A stretch of 61,030 nucleotides of DNA, from NCBI GenBank assembly GCA_017479485.1, contig JAFVCC010000037.1:1-61030 (forward strand), given 5' to 3'. This DNA comes from Bacilli bacterium. GTDB taxonomy: Bacteria > Bacillota_I > Bacilli_A > RFN20 > CAG-826. Under the pieces are notes generated by a model. It made no database searches. It was not told the origin of the DNA and worked only from the letters and a program-made list of their open reading frames with translations. Of the stretch, positions 56,140 through 61,030 are shown in pieces. Position 1 is the stretch's first letter, and each line of letters opens with the position of its first letter. Position numbers and translations under genes: made by a program.

Positions 56140-57594
56140 ATGAAAAAGTTCGGTTTTCTTTTGGCGTTAATTGGCCTCGCGCTGCCTTCTTGTAACGTGG
56201 CAACGCCAATCTTTTCTGCCTCGCCAAATTCTTCCGACCAAGTGCCGAGTATTTCTTCCACTGACGCTTCTTCGGAGCTAAGTCAGGATCCGGTTCCTTC
56301 TAGTGAAGAACCTTGGTCCTCTAGTTCAATCTCTTCTTCGAGCAACCCTTCTAGTTCAACCGGCACCTCTTCGAGTTCGTCTTCCTGGTCTACTTCTTAT
56401 ACTTCCGTTCCAGTTCCTGATGTCGATGAAGACCCAAAATGGCCAGTGGATTTATCCACGCGCGGCCAAGACTTCCTGGTTACTTTGGCTGCGTTAATTA
56501 AGCAAACCGGCGACACCGCGAGCAGGGATTCCGCGATTAGCATCGGCGCGAGGGCTGCAGCATATCCCAACGAGAACTCTTCTACGTTCATTCCGTTCTA
56601 CCGCGCACCTACCGATGCGAATAAGACAACACAAAGCGCATGCAACCGAGAACATACTTGGCCCGATTCCCGTGGCGGAGGCATGTTCGAAAATGATCCC
56701 GTGATGCTCCGCCCGACGCTTCAAAGTGATAATTCGGACCGTTCCAACTTCTTTTATGGTCTCACTGGCAAAGATAACAGGGAATGGGACCCAGCTTCTT
56801 TTGGCTATGAAGATGCCCGCGGCGAATCTGCTCGAGTGATCCTCTACTGCGCGACGACCTATTTTGATTTGGGCATCCGCTTATCCAACAATCCCAAAGA
56901 TGGGACCAAGCAAAATACGATGGGTACCCTGAAAACCCTCCTTGCATGGAATCGCGAATATGCCCCGACGGATTTTGAGCGCACGGTTAATGATCGCTAT
57001 GACAAAATGGGTTACCGCAGGAATCCGTTCGTGGATCATCCTGAATATGCCGACTACATCTGGGATAACGATGGTTTCCGCCCTTCGGAAAGCACGACGT
57101 GGCACGACAATTTCACCGATCTCGATAATCTCGACGGCAAGAAACTTGCGATTGTATCTGAAGATAATGCAAATGCTGGCAAGTATTACATGATGGGTGA
57201 CCAAGCCAAAGGCGCGACGATTCCCTGGTACATCACTCCGTACGAATGCCGCGTGGAGCAGGGGAAGATGACCTGCGATAGCAACGTGGTCTACTTCACT
57301 TTTACCAAAACATCGAGTGGTGCCTACAACATTCAGAACAAGGCCGGCGAATACCTCTTTGGCTACACGAATTCCAACGGTACAAAGACCTTTTATAGCA
57401 TTGGCTTTGGCCAAACTTCGGCCGATGCGACGGCTAAAGTCGATAACCCCGCGAACGTTTCTGCTGAATGGACCATTACCTCAAGTGGTAGCCAGATGGT
57501 GTTTTATACCGGTACCGTGTATCTGGAGTACTACAACGGTTCATTCTGCGGATTCCAGCACAAACCCTATACAAATCCGATGTTATTTCTATAA
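56140..57594 (+). CDS. Endonuclease I family lipoprotein
   Basis: Lipobox LPSC; NREHTWPDS, RGESARVILY, RRNPFVDHP. Confidence 0.85.
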   Translation: MKKFGFLLALIGLALPSCNVATPIFSASPNSSDQVPSISSTDASSELSQDPVPSSEEPWSSSSISSSSNPSSSTGTSSSSSSWSTSYTSVPVPDVDEDPKWPVDLSTRGQDFLVTLAALIKQTGDTASRDSAISIGARAAAYPNENSSTFIPFYRAPTDANKTTQSACNREHTWPDSRGGGMFENDPVMLRPTLQSDNSDRSNFFYGLTGKDNREWDPASFGYEDARGESARVILYCATTYFDLGIRLSNNPKDGTKQNTMGTLKTLLAWNREYAPTDFERTVNDRYDKMGYRRNPFVDHPEYADYIWDNDGFRPSESTTWHDNFTDLDNLDGKKLAIVSEDNANAGKYYMMGDQAKGATIPWYITPYECRVEQGKMTCDSNVVYFTFTKTSSGAYNIQNKAGEYLFGYTNSNGTKTFYSIGFGQTSADATAKVDNPANVSAEWTITSSGSQMVFYTGTVYLEYYNGSFCGFQHKPYTNPMLFL

Positions 57595-57630
57595 AACTTT
57601 GCAAAACCCCGATATTTTGGAGGAAAACGT

Positions 57631-58329
57631 ATGCCAGCAATCATTTTGGTCGGAGGAGGATCATCTTCGGGAAAAAGCTATCTTACCCGTGCGGTAAGCA
57701 AGGCTTTAGATCCGGAAAAAGTCACCCTTCTCACTCTCGATGACTATTACAAAGACCAGACCAACGTTCCGATGGAAGACCGCCTTAAGGTCAACTACGA
57801 CCATCCGAATGCGTTTGACTGGCCGCTTATGCGTGACCATATCCGCAAGCTCAAGGAAGGACAGCCCATTGAGAAGCCCATCTATGACTTTGTGAATCAC
57901 ACGCGCTCGGACCGTACCGAGACGATCGTGCCCAAAGATCTGGTCGTTGCCGAAGGCATTATGGCTCTGGTTGACCGGAAGCTACGTGATTTGGGTGATC
58001 TTTGCGTCTTCATCCAAGCCAAGCCCGAGCGCCGCTTCCTCCGCCGTATGATTCGCGATACACGTGAAAGGGGAAGAACGATGGAAAGCATTGTTTCGCA
58101 GTATTTCGCAACCGTTCAACCGATGTATGACGAAGTAGTGGAGCCAAGCTCCATCTATGCCGACCTTATCGTCAATAATGATGGTGTTGCCAACCTCGCA
58201 ATCGACGTTTTGACCGTCGTCTTTAACCAGCAATTAGAAAAAGTGAGCAAAGGTACGCTTCATAAACGGGCCATGTCGGATGAATTCACCAACGAGGTGT
58301 TCGCGTCCTTGTTCGCTAAGGAGGACTAA
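57631..58329 (+). CDS. udk: Uridine kinase
   Basis: GGSSSGKS, LDDYYKD, NYDHPNAFD, RRMIRD..ERGR. Confidence 0.92.
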   Translation: MPAIILVGGGSSSGKSYLTRAVSKALDPEKVTLLTLDDYYKDQTNVPMEDRLKVNYDHPNAFDWPLMRDHIRKLKEGQPIEKPIYDFVNHTRSDRTETIVPKDLVVAEGIMALVDRKLRDLGDLCVFIQAKPERRFLRRMIRDTRERGRTMESIVSQYFATVQPMYDEVVEPSSIYADLIVNNDGVANLAIDVLTVVFNQQLEKVSKGTLHKRAMSDEFTNEVFASLFAKED

Positions 58330-58330
58330 G

Positions 58331-58483
58331 ATGAGCCTTCTTGCAACTAGTTCAGTCATCGGCATCATTGTTTCTATTGCTCTGGTTGCCGTGACCATCG
58401 CCGTCTGCCTCTATCTTTATTCGCTGAAATCACGCGAACCGGGCGATTCGGAAGAAGAATCCAAGAAAAACGACGTCCAATAG
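58331..58483 (+). CDS. Small single-TM protein
   Basis: 50 aa, hydrophobic segment then acidic/basic tail; starts 2 bp after udk stop. Confidence 0.5.
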   Translation: MSLLATSSVIGIIVSIALVAVTIAVCLYLYSLKSREPGDSEEESKKNDVQ

Positions 58484-58547
58484 CCTCTATTACTTGCAAA
58501 AGTAATAAGATGTACTCGAAAGCCTGCGACACGCTTATAATTTCACT

Positions 58548-60620
58548 ATGCCAGAAACGAAGAAGAGCACTCATCGACGCAACGTCGCTATGTCCGACGC
58601 ATTGCGAGCCATGCGTATTCGCATGCTGCTTTTCACTTTTCTTGAAGTGGCGTTGATCGGCACTGCAATCGTTTTCTATTACTACGATTACCCCGTTGGG
58701 TTCCGCGCTTTCATGAAGGCGGATTACTGGGTGTTTGCCCTTTGTGGCGTCTTTGCCATCAACATTCTTTACCTTTGGGCTGCCGCGGCAAGGATGTCAA
58801 GCCTTCGTCATCGCACCGACCTTGATGCGGCTTCCATCATCGGCTCCGACGTCCAAGAGGCCTACAACTTTGGCGAAATCGGGCTCGTCGTCGTCGATGA
58901 CCGCGACACGGTTATTTGGGACAACAACTTGCTCAAAGACCGTCAGGTTAACTTGCTTGATATGAATATCTTGGAGTGGCAACCCGCCCTCCGCGATTTG
59001 AAAAATGCTCCGGCAGACATGGTGGTTAAAATCGAAGTCAACGGCCGTAACTACAGCGTGAAGTACCTTTCCGACGCCCGACTTTACATCTTTAAGGACA
59101 CCAGCGAATACGAATCAATCTTCAATTACTCTCGTGTCCACGCGACGGTCGTCGGCGTCATCATGATCGATAACTTCACCGAAATCGTCGGCAAAACCGA
59201 AGACGAAAACAACGACCTTGTCACCACGATTCGTCAGGAAATACTGAACTATTGCAAGGAAAAAGGCGTTTTGCTTCGTCGTTTCCGTAATGATTCCTAC
59301 TTCGCGGTTTGCAACTATGCATCCCTTCAAAAGATGGAAGAAGATGGTTTCTCCCTCCTCGCCAAGGTACGTATGCTGGGCAAAGGGCAAAACATCGCGC
59401 CGACCCTTTCCATCGGTTTTGCGCACGACTTCCCCAACGTCATCAAACTGAACGAAATGGCCAGCAGCGCGATCGATATGGCTATGTCTCGTGGCGGCGA
59501 CCAAGCGGTCGTATCGCGTTACGGCGACGACATTAAGTTCTATGGTGGTAAGACCGCTGCTTTAGAGAACTCCTCGGCGGTTAAGTTCCGCACCAACGCT
59601 GATGCGATCTTAAGCATCATCGGCGACTCCAAAGAAGTCTTGGTCATGGGCCATAATGACATGGATATGGATGCCCTCGGCGCTTGCATTGGCGTCTATG
59701 CGATGTGCCTTTACCTAAAGAAACCTTGCTCCATCATCATCGACTTGAAACGCACGGAGAAGAAGACTCGTGGTGCGTTCTTAGCCACGTTTGATAAAGA
59801 AACTCGTGACCGCATCGCCATCTCACCGCGCCAAGCCGAAGAACGTTTGGCTTCGGTTCCATCTGCGCTTCTTGCTGTGGTCGACGTTTCGGTCCCTCAA
59901 AACGTCATGGCGCCTCGCGCGCTTGAGAAGGCCAACAAGATCATCTGCATTGACCACCATCTCCGCGGCGAATCTTACTTAGAAAAGCCCGTATTCGAAT
60001 ACATCGATCCATCGGCGTCTTCCGCTTCGGAAATCTTCTCCGAGTTCATCCATTACGCTTCGGGCAACCCACGTATTGAAATCCCGAGCAACCTTGCGAC
60101 CACGATGCTCGCCGGTATCTTCCTCGACACCAACTTCTTCAAGTCGAACTCGGTCGGCGTGCGTACCTTCGAGGCGGCAGAAGTGCTCCGTGATTTTGGC
60201 GCTGACCCACGTCGCGCGGACGATTATCTGAAAGACGAATACGAAGAATACTTGCTCGTCAACAAGATCGCTTCGACCATGAAATCGCCTTATCGAGGCG
60301 TCATGTATGCAGTGTGCGACGATTCGGACATCATCGACCGCGCTACCTTAGCCAAAGTCGCGAACACCTTGATGGCCTTAAAGGACACCAATGCGGCATT
60401 CGTTATCGGCAAAGTAGGCGAGCGTGAGTGGCGCGTATCCGCGCGTAGCGACCAAACGATTAACGTGCAGTTGCTTTGCGAAAAAATGGGAGGCGGTGGC
60501 CATTTTACGATGGCGGCCTGCGCCTTCCCCAATTCCACTTTAGCCATCGTTGAAGGCAAATTGTTAAATACTCTAGCGACTTATCTCGAAGACGCTAGAA
60601 GCGATGCAGGAGGCAATTAA
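58548..60620 (+). CDS. gdpP: c-di-AMP phosphodiesterase (TM, degenerate GGDEF, DHH/DHHA1)
   Basis: SRGGDQAV, GHNDMDMDALG, IDHH, GIFLDT, GGGGH; precedes rplI. Confidence 0.9.
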   Translation: MPETKKSTHRRNVAMSDALRAMRIRMLLFTFLEVALIGTAIVFYYYDYPVGFRAFMKADYWVFALCGVFAINILYLWAAAARMSSLRHRTDLDAASIIGSDVQEAYNFGEIGLVVVDDRDTVIWDNNLLKDRQVNLLDMNILEWQPALRDLKNAPADMVVKIEVNGRNYSVKYLSDARLYIFKDTSEYESIFNYSRVHATVVGVIMIDNFTEIVGKTEDENNDLVTTIRQEILNYCKEKGVLLRRFRNDSYFAVCNYASLQKMEEDGFSLLAKVRMLGKGQNIAPTLSIGFAHDFPNVIKLNEMASSAIDMAMSRGGDQAVVSRYGDDIKFYGGKTAALENSSAVKFRTNADAILSIIGDSKEVLVMGHNDMDMDALGACIGVYAMCLYLKKPCSIIIDLKRTEKKTRGAFLATFDKETRDRIAISPRQAEERLASVPSALLAVVDVSVPQNVMAPRALEKANKIICIDHHLRGESYLEKPVFEYIDPSASSASEIFSEFIHYASGNPRIEIPSNLATTMLAGIFLDTNFFKSNSVGVRTFEAAEVLRDFGADPRRADDYLKDEYEEYLLVNKIASTMKSPYRGVMYAVCDDSDIIDRATLAKVANTLMALKDTNAAFVIGKVGEREWRVSARSDQTINVQLLCEKMGGGGHFTMAACAFPNSTLAIVEGKLLNTLATYLEDARSDAGGN

Positions 60621-60622
60621 AC

Positions 60623-61030
60623 ATGAGAGTCATTTTATTGGCCGACGTGAAGAAAGTCGGCAAGAAGGGCGAGACCGTCGAGGTTTCTGACGGCTACGGC
60701 GCCAATTTCTTAATCCCGAGAAAACTCGCCAAGCTTTCCACCGAAGCGAGCCAGGCCGAACTTGCCCGCGATAACGCGGCGGAAGCGGCCCACCAAAAAG
60801 AGCTTAAGGCCAAAGCTGAAGCGGTCGCCCAAAGGCTCGAAAGCATCGAGGTGAAGTTCACCACGAAAGTTGGTAAAGACGGTAGGATGTTTGGCACCGT
60901 TTCCCCTAAGGAAATCGTTGAAGGACTAGAAAAACAATGGGGAATTACCGTGGATAAACGGAAATTTATCGATAAATACCCCGTTAATGCTTTGGGCTAC
61001 ACTCGACTCAAAATCGAACTTTACAAAGGC
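60623..61030 (+). CDS. rplI: 50S ribosomal protein L9 (runs off window end; not in ORF track)
   Basis: MRVILLADVKKVGKKGETVEVSDGYGANFLIP...GRMFGTVS. Confidence 0.95.
   Translation, partial: MRVILLADVKKVGKKGETVEVSDGYGANFLIPRKLAKLSTEASQAELARDNAAEAAHQKELKAKAEAVAQRLESIEVKFTTKVGKDGRMFGTVSPKEIVEGLEKQWGITVDKRKFIDKYPVNALGYTRLKIELYKG

Noticed and set aside
1-61030. tRNA, rRNA, tmRNA or SRP genes
   Set aside because: None recognised by eye; a covariance-model scan would be needed to exclude them fully.

Overview
Bacterial chromosome segment, standard genetic code (TGA used as stop). Gene content points to Bacillota/Bacilli, probably an uncultured gut lineage (inference). 1-35.4 kb and 51.4-61 kb are mostly core or surface-scavenging genes: two endonuclease-I-family DNases, two Cthe_2159-type lipoproteins, an Fe/B12-type ABC operon, tcdA, a SNF2 helicase, mutY, a PIN protein, an M6 protease, an oversized opp operon, rpsF-ssb-rpsR, nfeD/SPFH, udk, gdpP and partial rplI. 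The main result is at 35.4-46.8 kb. Twelve bases after the rpsR stop codon begins a tandem, apparently nested stack of non-autonomous transposon-like units. Six left ends and six right ends share a TGT-N5-GAC start and an 8+24+19 bp repeat spacing, resembling Tn7/Tn402/Mu-type DDE transposon ends. They are joined mostly by 5-bp spacers. Two units are empty (260 and 336 bp). The others carry cargo: an antiporter, an ABC-2 exporter, RhuM plus XRE-GNAT, hipBA, ORF6N and a Nif11-type precursor. One unit carries its own copy of the rpsR 3' end, into which four further units appear to have inserted. No transposase or target-selector gene is in the window. All alignments were done by eye; no searches were run.
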